64,000 nucleotides of DNA, taken from the NCBI GenBank assembly GCA_963693365.1, contig CAVNZM010000001.1, positions 19,352,125 through 19,416,124 of the forward strand, read 5' to 3'. The notes beneath the pieces were generated by a model. It was not told the origin of the DNA, did not search any database, and saw nothing but the letters and a program-made list of their open reading frames with translations. This DNA comes from Amoebidium appalachense. Its lineage: Eukaryota; Protista; Ichthyosporea. Shown piece after piece: positions 29,140 to 43,199 of this stretch; position 1 is the first letter of the stretch, and every line of letters starts with the position of its first letter. The position numbers were made by a program, and so were the translations under genes.

Positions 29140-29848
29140 AAGCCTTATCAATAAAAATTAAAAATAAGGGCGGAAGCTATTTGCCCTGTCAGGTAGAGGA
29201 GAAGGGGGGGGGGGGGGGGGGGGGGGGGGGGTGGGGGGGTACCGAGTTGGGATGAGTCAACATGTGCTCCTCCAAGCGACATGGACGGGTGAACATTTTT
29301 TCGCATCCTTCAAACGTGCACGTGTATTTTTTCGCCCTCGGAAGAGATCGAATGGAAGATGCTGAGCAAGAGCGTTGCCTTGGTCTTCCTTGCACGGTAA
29401 GTTTTGTCTTCTGCCTCCCAACATTTCCGTCCAAAAAACTTTCATCACTTTCGCTGCCATTTTCGCCGTTTTTCTTCGTGTTTTTTCTCCTACCTTTTCG
29501 TCTTTCAGCACCTGAACCAGCTTCACTTTCACTGCCACTTACTCTGCCGTTTTCAGACCAGGAATGGTCACTACCCTCATCACTTTCCTCACCTTCAGGT
29601 TCACTTTCATCCTTGGTGCGTTTATTTCTGGAGCTAGAGACAGTGTAATTACCAACCGAACTTCGTCTTCTTTTCTTTACCGCCACGTCGCCGTCCCGTT
29701 CGTCTTCACTCGGTGGTCGACTAGCTTTGCGCTTGCATCTCTGAGGGTTCACGCCATCTGATTCCGAAGTTGGCGCGTCGTTTTCTGATTCTTTCTCTTG
29801 CAGAATAAATGCCGATAACCTTTCTACGCTTCTTTCCGTTGCAGCCAT
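23628..29848 (-). CDS. GTF3A: Transcription factor IIIA (nine C2H2 zinc fingers), ~473 aa
   Basis: Exons 29848-29243, 28567-28373, 27205-27046, 26233-26099, 25541-25465, 24536-24402, 23741-23628, all phase-compatible. Nine tandem fingers, including finger 6 with F..WSELVAH and finger 8 ending VRVHH, as typical of TFIIIA. Confidence 0.88.
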
Positions 29849-30805
29849 ATTAAGCTATGGTTGAGCAAAATGGAGTAAGCTGGACCGAAAACTAGATGAA
29901 ACATACACATATAAAGCGCGAATAACAGGAAACTGCAAGGGAATCTCCTGGCTATGGCAAGCTAGCAGGACAATACGAAAGGTTTAGGTCAATGTTCTCA
30001 TAGTGTTTTAAACTTTCAGAGCTCTATACGTCCTTGTATATACCACAAATGTCTCGCGGTTCGAGTCTTCCTTTCGAAGAGGCTGTGCACACCGTGTTGT
30101 GCCGTGTGACCTACTATTACGTAACATCTTAGGCTACACCATTACATAAGCAAAAAGTCGAAATTTAAACTTACAAATCGATTAAAATTAGTTTAGCTGG
30201 TGTTTTAAACGTCTTTACGTTTTAAACAAATATTAGTTCGATTTCGAAAATTTATGTGTGCTACACCCGGTGACTGAGTTGCAACCGTTCTGGTGCAAAG
30301 ACAAAACAAAGAGCACAACTGTTTTGGTTGTGTTTTGTGAACTGTGGTTACGAAAGCAGCTTATTTTGCTTGTGCTCGGATTGTTGCGTAGAAGAGAAGT
30401 TTAAAACCTTACTGTTTTGTTACTATCTCCTACCGCTTAGCTTCCATAAAGAGCAGGGTTGCCGTGATTGACACATTTCTCCACTTGATAGTTGTTTTAC
30501 TGGATCCCAAGTAACGGTGCCCAGCCTGCAGCATAAGAAACATCAGCGAGAGATTTGTGCCTGTATCCTAGTTCCATAGTCTAATTTCTGGCATATTGTC
30601 TCAGATTGAGCAGACGGGAACGGGACCTTTTTTCTTTCGGTAACATCCTTGCTGCCTGTTAATATTATTTGCAACTGAGACTCCGAAGACACGTCAAGAT
30701 CTTACACATTACCCACATGTGACCGAAGACCACCAGGTACATCGATAACTACAATCACAAGTTACGTCTCTAGCACTCTGCAGCTCGGCAGAGGAACCAG
30801 GCAAC
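29849..30805. promoter_or_regulatory. Putative bidirectional promoter / 5' UTR region between TFIIIA and PIG-S
   Basis: 957 bp between divergent ATGs; AT-rich and free of SSRs. Confidence 0.55.
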
Positions 30806-31275
30806 ATGTCGGCCAACGAGAGAGAACAAGGTACGTGGCAGGACTGCATGTTCCCGCCTGTCAAAACTGGCGTCTTGCCTCTCGTCCTTCCTCTCATTCC
30901 CTTCCCGCCTCCTTCCCCCTTTCCCTCCCTCCCTCCCTCCCTCGATTCATCCCTCCTACCCCCCCTTCATTTATCACTCCCCCCCCTTTCCCTCCCCCCC
31001 TTCCCCTGCTACCCCAGCACACAACTGGATACACACACATTTTCAAACCCCCCTCCCCCCCCCCCAAACATCGTCCCTTATAGTGGTTGGCCAGCAGCTA
31101 TTTTATTCTCGTCGATATACGTTTTTGCACTACTCCCCTCCCGTTACGTTTAGTGTTGCCCTGCTGGCTTTGTTCTTTTTTCCAACTCTACCTGTGCTGC
31201 TTTTGCCAAGTCGGTGTTTGTACTATGCAACGGGGTCCGTAAAATCAGAATCAATAGTTAGTACTGCTTAAGTGA

Positions 31276-31322
<47 letters not shown>

Positions 31323-31552
31323 ACATACGCCACCACCACCACCACCACCAACCCACCCATCCCCACCACCACCAACCCACCCATCCCCCCCACCACCCAC
31401 CATACACACACACACACCGGCTCCCTGTTAGCTGTAACCTTTTTGGATTAGAGCTATGGATAATGTATTATTCTGTTATCCTGCCGTTTTTACTCCTGCA
31501 AGCACACGCACGTGAGTGTGCAGTATACACGGCACACAAGGTGCTAAATGAG

Positions 31553-31587
<35 letters not shown>

Positions 31588-32897
31588 CAAAAAAAAAAAA
31601 AAAAAAGAAAAAAGAAAAAAAACCTCTACCGTCACCCCTTGTCTAGCGCCACACGGGATAAGGATGCTGATAGAAAACTCGACTGATTCCCATCACACTC
31701 TTTCTTGCCAAGCGGACCATTACACATCAGCATACACCCTACATTGCTATTATGCACATACTTGACACATCACCTAGCTAGAAACTGATACCCCCCCCTC
31801 TCCACCCCTCCTCTGCATGCTTCGCGCACTCCCATCTTACCAATCATCACTGCCTCTTACTCATTGTTTGGATCCTCCGTTCTTTTCCCTTCCCCTTTCA
31901 CAAAAACACAAAGAAGATGCGGACAAGGAAAAGGCGTGGGTGCTGTTCTTTGTGCTTGTGCTGCTGGTGTGTGTGGGCCTGCCTGTGTGGTGGCACACCA
32001 CCACCGTCTACAGGGCACAGCTTCCGCTCTCAGAAATGGCCGCGTCTACCGCGCCAGAGGTATCCCCCCCCCCCCCCTCCCCCCCCCCCCAAAAAAAAAA
32101 AAAAAAAAAAAAAAAACTTTGGCAAAACCCGTTCATTTATTATATAGGAGCCGCCCTGATGATGGGGTCTTCCCACGTATCTTCTGCCTACACGTTTTGA
32201 TTGTGTCTTTGTGTATTGATCTTTGTAGTTCTCTGATGCCTGTGCTTTCATGGTTGTTACTCTCCAATCCATACAACCCCTCTCTCTCAACCCCCCTACT
32301 CCCCCCCCCCTTCCGGGTTTCCCCAAACACACCTGCACACACACACACACACATAGCTCCATGTGCCCCCTGGGACATGTCATCGCGATTTTAGGCACTG
32401 TGCTTTTCTTCTGTGCAAATTTGTGCTCCACTTTGTGTTATGCCCCCGGGGGGGGGGGGGGGGGGGGGGGAGAGGCCTCGTTTGGATTTTCTAAGTGAAT
32501 GGTCACGTTGCATTCAACTCCTCAGGCTGCGCAAGGTGCTAACCCCCCCCCCCCCCATACACACACACAGAACCACACACACATACACACACACACACAC
32601 AGAACCACAACCACACACACACAACACACACACACCCACACCTACCCACCCACCCACACACACACACCCACACACACACACACCCTCGACTTGGGGCCAA
32701 AAGTTGAAAATGTGGAAGCCCATCCCTTAGATCCCATCACCACACTTACTGATTTTAAGGGATTGCATTGACCTCTGTTGTCTCTATTCTTCTTTCTCTC
32801 AACCGTTGAGATCCCCTCCCCTCTCCCCTAAACTGCGCCCCTTCTTTTTCATGTCATCAAAAAATTTATGTTTACCTTCTGTCCACCTATGCAATTT

Positions 32898-32930
<33 letters not shown>

Positions 32931-33511
32931 TTTCCCCCTTCTGACCTCTCCAACTATCGTCCAGCTTGTATATCCGCTTGAGGTGGATGTTATTTTTGGC
33001 ACAGACCGAGGGGGGCCAGGCTGCAAGGTGGATAAAAATAGCCTAGAGGGCCAACTCAATAGAGAAATGGAGGGCCTGGCCTGGGGCCATGCAATCAACG
33101 GGCAGACAGGCCACAGCCAGAGGAATGCCAGCCAGGTGGGGAGACCTCCGTTGGCAGTAGTCTGCTTGAGTTTTTCTAGAAATCTTGCTTGTTGTGTTGT
33201 TACTCCCTCCCCCCCCCCCCCCCCCCCCCCCACCACCACCAAAAAAAAACCCCCAAAACCCCAAACCCTCAAAACCCTTTTTCCCAACTTGCCTTCTCAC
33301 TTGTACCCTCCCCCACCTACCCACCTTTTGCTCTTACGTTGCTCACAATCATTCCCCCCCGGTTCTTCCTCGTCCTACCTTCCTACTGCCAGCATTTTGA
33401 TTTTTGAAATGTCCAAGATATGTTAGTGACAAGCACGATGGAATTTCAACGTCTATGTGATTGGTGGTATCTCCTTGTGGAGGTGATTGTGTGTGTGTGC
33501 ATGTGTTTGTG

Positions 33512-33551
<40 letters not shown>

Positions 33552-34683
33552 GGAGAGAGAAATTCAACAGGCGACATGCTGTTTGATGTTCAGCCCGAGC
33601 GTACATATGTCGGGGCCTACTGGTGATGTTTGGCTCTTATTATGTGGTAAAGTGGATGTTTGTCTTAGGTTGGCACGTAAGCACGCGAAAGTGTGTGTGT
33701 TGGGGTGCGATGGGTGGCCGGTGGGCGGGTGGTGGCGCGTATGTGTGTGTTGGGTGGGGGCAGAGGGGGGAGGTGGGGGGGACATGGTGGGGTAAGTTGG
33801 GAGGTGTGGGATACTAAATGGTCTGACTGGCGCAGAAATTCATCAAGACCACATTCAAGGTGACGGTGAGAGAGGTCGATGTTTCCTCTCTGACAGGTAT
33901 GCATCCCATGGGGCTGGGACGGACTTTGGTGCACACACCCGTGGGTTGAGGATAGCTGGCTGCCCAAAGGGGGAAGGGGGCGGGAGGGAGGTGGGGGAGG
34001 GGGGGATAGATGTGGTACCTGTTCATCTTGACTTCGGGGGTGTCGACGATGACCTCACACGCACAACACCATACACACACACACACGTGCAGGTGCATTC
34101 ACACACACACGCACACAGTGGATACACACAAACACACACACACACACACGTGCGGGTGCATATACACAATCACGTTCACAGTGGATACACACAAACACAC
34201 TTGAACATGAAGCAGTGCAGGTGATCCTCGCTGTTCGTCCGCTTCGTTGATGCTCTTTGTTGTCTCCTCCATAGTTCCAACCTTCTAACGCAAACATCAC
34301 CCCCTCCCCCGCCCCCCAACCCCCCTTTACCCCACCCCCCATTCCCCTGTGCCAATCGCCTTTCATTCGCCTACAAAAACAAAGAAAGCAAGCAAAACCA
34401 AGAAAGGGAGACAAAAAAGAAAATAAAAACGAAACATGATGTCTGTGCTCACCACAGGAGGCAAGTCCCTTGAAGGCCTTACCCCCTCAGACATCGACAT
34501 TGCCATGCAGCACTCAGACCGACCTGGCCACTACCGCATTATTGTTCTGCCTGGTGCATCCCCATCAGGTGTAGCCGCAGAGCTGGAGCCGTACATGGGC
34601 AGTTTCAGGACTGCAATATTCCAAAATGGTCTAGTCCCCCCCCCCCCCCCCCCCCCCCCTCTCCCCACCTATCCCGCTCCCCC

Positions 34684-34740
<57 letters not shown>

Positions 34741-34964
34741 ACACACCAGCACACCCGCACCCACCACCACCACCACCACCACTACGTCTTCTCTCCGAGC
34801 CATGAGTAATCCTGTTTAGTTCTGATCAAGACGGCAGACCCACCCATGTTCTAACGAGGCAGTATCTGTGTTTGGTGCCACATGTGAGGTGAATGGGACA
34901 TTTTTTTTTAGTTGATGTGTACTTAATTTTTTACCCACCTTCCCCCTCCCTCCACCCCCTCCCC

Positions 34965-35003
<39 letters not shown>

Positions 35004-36187
35004 AACCCCCTCCCCCCACCCCGCCCCAACCTCACCCCACCCTCTAACACACACATTCAGCCCCCCACCGTCTCCTCCCCCCCCCCCCCCCCCCCCCTCC
35101 CCCCTCTCCCCTACACACACACACACACGCACACCTTCTTTCCTCTTCCTGCACATCTACCGCCACCCAGACAACTAACGTCCCCCCCCCCCCCACACAC
35201 ACACTCAAAAAAAAAAAAAAAAAAAAAAAGCCTCCCCTCCCTTTAATTGGATTTCTTGGATTTGTGTGCTTCCTCCGTGTTCTCTCCGTGTACATATTTG
35301 ACAACCAGGCGGAGACCTGTTTTGCTTTGACATGGCCGGTCAAGCATAATCCTGTTAGGGCAGTGCATACGTGGAGCTGTGCACGCTCATTCTCGGTGAT
35401 GTAATCCAGTGCATAATGCGTTATCCATTCGAGCTCAAAAAGCAAAGCAACCCCCCCCCCCCTCCCCCCCCCCCCCCCCTCCCCCCCCTCCCTGCTCCCC
35501 CCCCCCCCCGCCCTTCTCCCGTCCCCTCCCCTCCCGGTTCCAGACACACACACGCACAAAAAGAAACATTAAAAACCGACAAGTAAACCAATGTTCTATT
35601 CTTCGCTGCAGTGGCATGTGGGCGTGGCAGCTACCCAGCCTCTCTGACGTCATCACTGGTGAAGACTGTTGCCCGGGTGGCCGACGCAGCAGGAAGTGAG
35701 GCGGAGGTATGCTATATGATCTTTTACTCTCTTGTCTTATTGATGATGAATTTTACGGTCATATCCTTTTGAGCTCCTTCTGTGGCATCGGCCTTTTAGC
35801 TCAGTCGGTTAGAGCGTGGTGCTAATAACGCCAAGGTCACAGGTTCGATCCCTGTAAGGGCCAATTTTTTTTCTTTTTTTTTTTTTTTACTTACTATTTA
35901 CAGCCCCCCTATCACCGTCTTTCCCTCTCTTTCAACGTTTCTTTTCCCCGTATTTCCTCCTCCTTTCTTCTCCATGATCCTTTTCGTCTTGTCTAAATCT
36001 TCTATTTCACCTATTCCCCCCCCCCCCCCCCCCCCCCCCGTCCCCTTCTTTTCCCGCTTCCCCATAGGTGTGCTTACTGGTTGATGCTTCAATTACTGTA
36101 TTCCCTGTTTTCTATTACGTTGTAAAAGACGAAGGAGCACAACAATTGTTCCGCCAACAATTAGGCTCGCATGAGAGAGAGAGAGAG

Positions 36188-36221
<34 letters not shown>

Positions 36222-37089
36222 GGGGGGGGGGGGAGGGGGGGGGAGGGGGGGGGGAGGGGGGGGGGGGAGGGGGGGGGGGGGTGCACCTGCAGCAGTGAAA
36301 TCGACGATAGGTGTAAATTTAGTGGGCACGTGTGCATGTTTTTGTTGTGTGTGCTTGTTCGCGTGGGTGCGTGTATGAGTGTGTGAGTGTGTGGTTGCGT
36401 GTATGTGTATTTATGTATGTATTTAGGCATGCATGTACTTGTTATTGTACTGGTATTTGTACCAACCCCCCCCCCCCCCCACACACACACACACACAGTC
36501 GCTCTCCACGCTTCACCACTCCCTTTCCATATCCCTGAACAAGTAAAAGAAGTTCCTAATCGTGGTGAAGCATATTATTATCCTCGTTATTGATATCACG
36601 CAACTAAAGGATGGCCATGTTTTGTGGCATCCAATTGCATATTTGTTGATTCTCCGTACTGGGGTCATAATGTTATTGTTGACACCTAATTGTGCTACAC
36701 ATAACTTCACTGCAACAGTAAAAAACCTGCAACCATCAACCTTTAACCATTGTACACTCTGTTCAGGTGTCACACAGGGCCCAGGCCGCATTCCCCCCCA
36801 GTGGGCGCTACCACCTAGCCCTCACCCTATTGGTTGCCGACCCTTTGGTGGCCAACGTTGATTGGCCCGTGGCCGAATCCGTGCATGATAAATTGGGCCC
36901 AGTTCTGAAAGGTAAATATTATGCTACTTAGCCCTAGTCTCTCTTTTGGTGGATGTTGAGTTGGGTTCATAATTGGTATATGTCCTCCTGGTCAATCCAC
37001 CGAATTCACACACACACACACACACACACACGTCGCGCGCGTGTGCACCCACACGCACGTGCAGTCACGCACGCGCACGCGTGCGCGCG

Positions 37090-37138
<49 letters not shown>

Positions 37139-38166
37139 CATATCCCACTACCAAAAGCGAGCGGAGGTGGCGAGCAAAGTGTTGCTTTCTTGAGCTCTTT
37201 ATTAACAAGGCGAGATGTTTGTAACCAGCAGTGTGTATCAACCTTTCCTCCTTTTTTAACCCCTCCTTATCTCCGTTGCTGGGAGGAGGAATGAATGTTG
37301 GTTTTCTGACAGACTTTTTCGTGCAGAGTTGGGTGCCGTTGCGAAAATCACGGTGGATTCGCAGGTAATGCATTATGCAAACAAAACGCACGTTGACTCA
37401 GTGTTTGTGTGTGGTCACATCTTATGGTCCTTCTGCTTTCTCTCTGCTCCCGTATATGGGTGTGTTTCGGTACATATGTGTTGATGTAGTATAGGTGTAC
37501 ATGCGTGTGTTCTTTTGGTGTGTTCTAGTGTGTGCATGTGTACATGTTGCCGTCATTTTCTTATTATCTCTCTTTAAATGTTTTCGGTGTATGTGTCCAC
37601 ACGTGTTGTTGTCGTTGTGCTATATCTCTCACTCGAGCTCCCTTATTAGATTTTTGGTTTGGTGTTTCACTTTCACTTTTTGTTATGGTACGGCACGGTA
37701 ATTTGCCTTCTTTTTTTCTTTTTCTTTTTTTTTTTACGTTGGTTTCCCTTATTTCAGCAGGGCTAGATGCTTGTATGCGTGCTCAGTCCTGCCACCATTG
37801 TGAGTGTATTTGTAGGGATGGGTGTGCACTGCATTCCATTGTGTGTACGAGCATATGTGCATGTTTGAGAGCATGCATGCTTTTGCATATGTATGCATTA
37901 GATAAGTTTTGATGTTGCAAAGATTGGTATGGAGTGTTTCCTTGAGTGAACCGGACGGAATGGTTTCCCAAGTGCCTAGTTTGATCTTCAAGCTCCATCG
38001 GGCTCCCTGCTGAGGCCTAACCCCCCCCCCCCCCCCCCCTACTCCTCACGGCCACCTTCGCACCACCTGCCCCATCCTTACAGCTACAACACATACATTC
38101 TTGCCCACATCCGCATGCGCGTTTACGCACATGCATGAACACGAATGCACACGTACACCTCACATC

Positions 38167-38232
<66 letters not shown>

Positions 38233-38985
38233 ACAGATCCTCTACCATGCCGGTATCAGCAGTGACCTTGTCCGGGTTCTCTCTGGCCGTAAGGACGAGC
38301 AGGAAAAGGGCTTCTACCTCACGTCAGCAGATCTGCGTCTGTTTGTCAACCCGTCCGATTGGAATGTGGCTACAACCGGAGATACACCAACTCTGTCGTT
38401 TTTGCTGTTTGTACCCGAGTATGTCTCCTCAACCCCCCCCCTCCCCTCCCCATACACACACACACAGACACACACAGGCATGCACGCGTGCACACACACA
38501 CACACGTTCCGTTTACACTTACCCAAAGTATGTGCTCTGGCACAAAACAGCATAGGAGAGGTAGGGGAGGTGGAATGGAGAAGTCGGAAGGGAAGGGGGA
38601 TGGGGAGGAGGGGTGTGTTTACCACTTCCGCGCTATTATAGATCATGGAAAACTGTAGAGAAAGGACGGAGAGAGAGACATACAGACATAGCTTCTTACG
38701 CCGTAGGTACTGATAGCTCATTGTTAAATTAGCATACAAGTAGTTCATAATGATAATATATTAGCCAATAAACTAATGTGATATTGATAATAATTTTGCT
38801 ACTGACCCCTCCCCCCCCCCCTCCTCCCCAGCCACAAGACCAGCCCCATGCACATCCGGCTTGATGATGGGAGCCGAGCCATGGCCGATGCCTTTGTGCT
38901 GCCCCGGTGGGGGGGTGTCGTTATTCTTAACCCTCAATACGACCAACCCCCCAATGGTACTGTGCCCCCCCCTCCCTCCCTCCCC

Positions 38986-39016
<31 letters not shown>

Positions 39017-39106
39017 AAAAAAAAAAAGAAAAAAGAAAAAAAGCTTTCGAGTCCGCACACATGCACAATACGCACGCACACGCACGCACGCGCGCGCGCG
39101 CGCGCG

Positions 39107-39180
<74 letters not shown>

Positions 39181-39870
39181 CGCCACCCGTCCCCCCCTCC
39201 CCCCTCCCTCCCCCCCCCCCCCCCCCCCCCCCTTCCCTCCTGTAAGAGCAGTTGGATGGGGCTCTTACCTTTGCGTGTGTGTGTTGTTGGGGGTTTGGGT
39301 GTCTGACTGCTATTGGATGTGTTCCTTGGGTGCATACGGAGGGCTGGGAAGATGTCACTAACCAATGGGCCTGTACCTGGTATGCAGATTCTGGTAGAAA
39401 GCAGCTTGTGATTGGTTCCCAGGCTTTGGAGGCTGTGATGGATGTGTTCGTGTCCCAGCTGAGGACCCTACTTGGTGTTCCTGCAAATGTGAGTCCCCCC
39501 CTTTTCCCCTCTCCCCCCTCCCCCCACACACACCACAACCACCGCCATTACCTCCGCTACAACAAAGAAACCCACACGAATCCAGCATGTACTACCGTTA
39601 CATCCACATCAATCCCGCTGCCCAACGACACGTGCATGTAGGCACATAACGGCATCCACATTCCCCAACACAGAGAAGTAGCCAAATGTGCTTTATCATT
39701 GTAGATGGCTTTGAGTATCTGCCCACTGACCACCACACGCTGTCTGCACTTCAGCACAACAAACCGATTGTCCCACAGCGCCACTCTCTTTTGCATTGTC
39801 ACACCTGCAACACCATTATTCTAACCACCTCCACCCCCCCCCCCCCCCCCCCTCCCCCCGCCGCCCCACA

Positions 39871-39916
<46 letters not shown>

Positions 39917-40744
39917 CACACACTCCCTCCACGCAGCTCATGTCGCAGTGGGAACATGACGTTGTGCTTCGCTACCGCACGGCCGAGTTGGTCGATCGAG
40001 CAAGTTCCGCCCTGGCTTCATTGGCCCGGCTGCTTGGAAGCATCGAGAACATGGTGATCCAGGACCACCTGCAGATGAGGGTCCTCAACTCCCTTACGTA
40101 AGCCTGGTGCAAAAGAATGGGTCGTGATTGGGTTGATTGGTCGTTTGGACGGTGCGTTCATTTTTAGACATGGGAGTCCTCATTTTTCTTACGTAAGTCT
40201 GGTGCAAGCTTGCCAAGCAGGTGGTGCGGTAGTTGATGGGTCGTGGCATAGACGGGGTGTATTTTTAGATATGGGGGTTCTGAGCTCCCTTACGTAAGTC
40301 TGAGGCAAAGGTATGGGTCTGATTGCACGTATCGGGCTTGGCAGAGGGGATGTGTTTACATTTTTGGCTTTGCTCTTGGTGGCACGTGTAGGTTGGTTGG
40401 CATGGGTGTGGTGCTTATTGTTAAGTCATCATATGTGAATATGTGTGTCACATGAATTCCCAGCCCGGGTGTGCATGATTGGTTCCATATTGCAGGTTTC
40501 CTGCTTGAGTTGTTGAATGGTATTTCCATTTTTAGGTCCAGCATGAACACATAGTGTTGGGTCTTTGTTGGCATCTAATCTGATTGGTGCATTCTGTGTT
40601 GCAGGTATATCAAGAAGGCTCAGGCAGAGGCCTCGGCAGGACGGTTGGTCGAAGCCCATGCTGGTAACCTCCCCCCCTTCCCCCCCGCCCTCCGGAGGGT
40701 ACCCAATGGCGCATTCAACCCCCCCCCCCCCCAAAAAAAAAAAA

Positions 40745-40815
<71 letters not shown>

Positions 40816-41033
40816 GCGCGTGCACACCCACCCACATACGAGCCCTAACACAGCGAGAGAAGGGGGAGGAGGGGAGAAACAGAAAGGGAAAGGGGAGGGA
40901 GGGAGGGGGAGGGAGGGAGGCGGAGAGGGAGAAAGGACATGCCAACACAGATTCACGGAGGAACAAAATCACCCACAATACTGTCAATGTCCCGGACACA
41001 CAGGCACACTCTCAAAGCACACTTTCAGACGCC

Positions 41034-41082
<49 letters not shown>

Positions 41083-41245
41083 ACACATCTTTGAACATCC
41101 ACATAGACATCAATCGTGGGGTTCCACATGTTCTCTAATATCTCACCTCCCCAGATTCTCCGCTTATCTAACTCACCCCCCCCCCTCCTCCCCCCCTCCA
41201 ACCTCCAACCTCCCAACAGCCCCTTCCGCCTCCTGCCCACCCCCC

Positions 41246-41276
<31 letters not shown>

Positions 41277-41335
41277 AAAAAAAAGAAAGAAAAAAGAAAA
41301 AGGAAAAGGAAAAAGAAAAAAAATAGACCACCTCC

Positions 41336-41387
<52 letters not shown>

Positions 41388-41557
41388 ACCCCCCACACAC
41401 ACACACACACACACACCCACCACCACCACCACCACCACCACCACCACCACCACCACCACCACCACCACCACCACCACCACCCTCTTCTCTGACCCTGAAT
41501 CCCCCTCCCTTCACACACATGAACACACGCAAGAGCACACAAACTACGGGCAGATTT

Positions 41558-41607
<50 letters not shown>

Positions 41608-41820
41608 ACAGCTGCACAGTCAGCGTTTGACGAGTCCGAAGCAGCGTTCTTTGACCCGTCCATGCTTGCACTTCTCTACTTCCCGGACGAGCACAAATTT
41701 GCCATCTACCTGCCCCTTTTCCTACCCGTTTTGTTCCCTGTGCTGATTGCAACCCTCAAGACGGCAAAGGCAGTATTGGGGAGGAGGAAGGAGGAGGGGG
41801 CAAAGGTCAAGACGGAATGA
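30806..41820 (+). CDS. PIGS: GPI transamidase subunit PIG-S (Gpi17)
   Basis: Exons 30806-30830, 31914-32059, 32965-33135, 33836-33896, 34458-34628, 35612-35706, 38237-38418, 38832-38956, 39388-39488, 39916/39937-40097, 40605-40663, 41612-41820. Hallmarks [59 protein letters not shown]; C-terminal KVKTE (KxKxx ER retrieval). Middle exons less certain. Confidence 0.92.
35790..35863 (+). tRNA. tRNA-Ile (anticodon AAT), intronless, inside a PIG-S intron
   Basis: GGCCTTT/AAGGGCC acceptor stem, TAGCTCAGTCGG A-box, CTAATAA anticodon loop, ACAGG-TTCGATC-CCTGT T-arm, discriminator A. Confidence 0.96.
35865..35887 (+). terminator. Pol III terminator (T-run) of tRNA-Ile
   Basis: T8-C-T14 immediately 3' of the tRNA. 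Confidence 0.85.
40073..40330 (+). repeat. Degenerate ~95-101-bp tandem triplication spanning a PIG-S exon end and donor site
   Basis: CTTAC|GTAAG(C/T)CTG recurs with GT at 40098, 40193, 40294 and similar flanks. Confidence 0.75.
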
Positions 41821-41881
41821 GTGATTTGCGAATGACAGGTTTTCTGTTGTTCTTCTTTTCTCTGAAGAATTGTCCTTCTTT

Positions 41882-41912
<31 letters not shown>

Positions 41913-41954
41913 CTCTCTCTCCCCCCCCTCCCCCCCCCCCCCCCCCCCTTCCCT

Positions 41955-42007
<53 letters not shown>

Positions 42008-42518
42008 CCCCCCCCCCCCTCCCCCCCCCCCCCCCCCCCCCCCTTCTCCCCCCTTGTTTTAGCTTCTGTTTTCCTCTGCTTTCTTGACTGTGCTAGGGTG
42101 TGTTGGATTGAGGAGAGGCCAGGGGTATAATGTATATTTTAGTTTCTGCATGTTTTAAACAAGACGACTCCGTGAAGTTCTTAGGTCAATACTTACATAG
42201 CGGTGTTCTTGCACGGACGTGTTACTGCAATCAATAATGATGTTCACAAATGCTCTATGCGTAGCTGACATGCAGGATGTGTGTATGCTTATCTGTCATT
42301 AGGCTTGCTACATACATCCACCACCCACGTACACAGACATACAATCACGCACGGATACGTAAGGTTGCACGAACACTTAAACACCGCACACACAACTAGA
42401 TAAGTATGTGTACACACCCCCAATCCAGGCCCGCACTTATGCAGCCGGGTTCGGCTCTATAACGTTATCGGGAAATTTCTTAATCTGCCCATTTCGTAGG
42501 GTCTGGTCAATACTCGTA

Positions 42519-42880
42519 TTAACCAAAACTCGATTTTAGTATATATTTGTAAAGGAATTGTGAATACAGTGCAGGCAAAAACCTTCCTAGGCTCAAATGT
42601 GCAGCCAGAAAAAATAAACAGCGAATGTCAATAGACACGACTTTAATCGTTGTGTGTGCTGTCAAGATACAATCACAACCAACCAGACATGGCACCACAC
42701 ACACATCCGCACCCACGTATTGTACAGTCCTCCCGAATACCATCACATTCATGCAATGCAACATGGGTCGCAGCTCATTGAGTTGTGAAAATGTGGTTTG
42801 TTCTCGATAATTCGATGTTTCTTCGTTAGCAGCTGAAGGATACAGCGGCGACACACACCGGTCCGCGGGAGGAGGGGAAT

Positions 42881-42923
<43 letters not shown>

Positions 42924-43156
42924 AAGTTATAGACTTCTTCTTCTATTGCTGCTGCGGGCACCGACCAGGAGAAACGGTGATGGATTGATGCCTGATTAAA
43001 CCCGAGGGCATACATTGAGCACACAAACCATACCAGAGACTGGTCCCTGTGCCTAATATCAGTGTGAGGCCCAACGGATACTAAGAGAGGCTTGCCAACG
43101 AATTCTGGTGTGGACGGAATAGATCCCCCCACCCCCCACCCCACCACCTCCACCAC

Positions 43157-43199
<43 letters not shown>

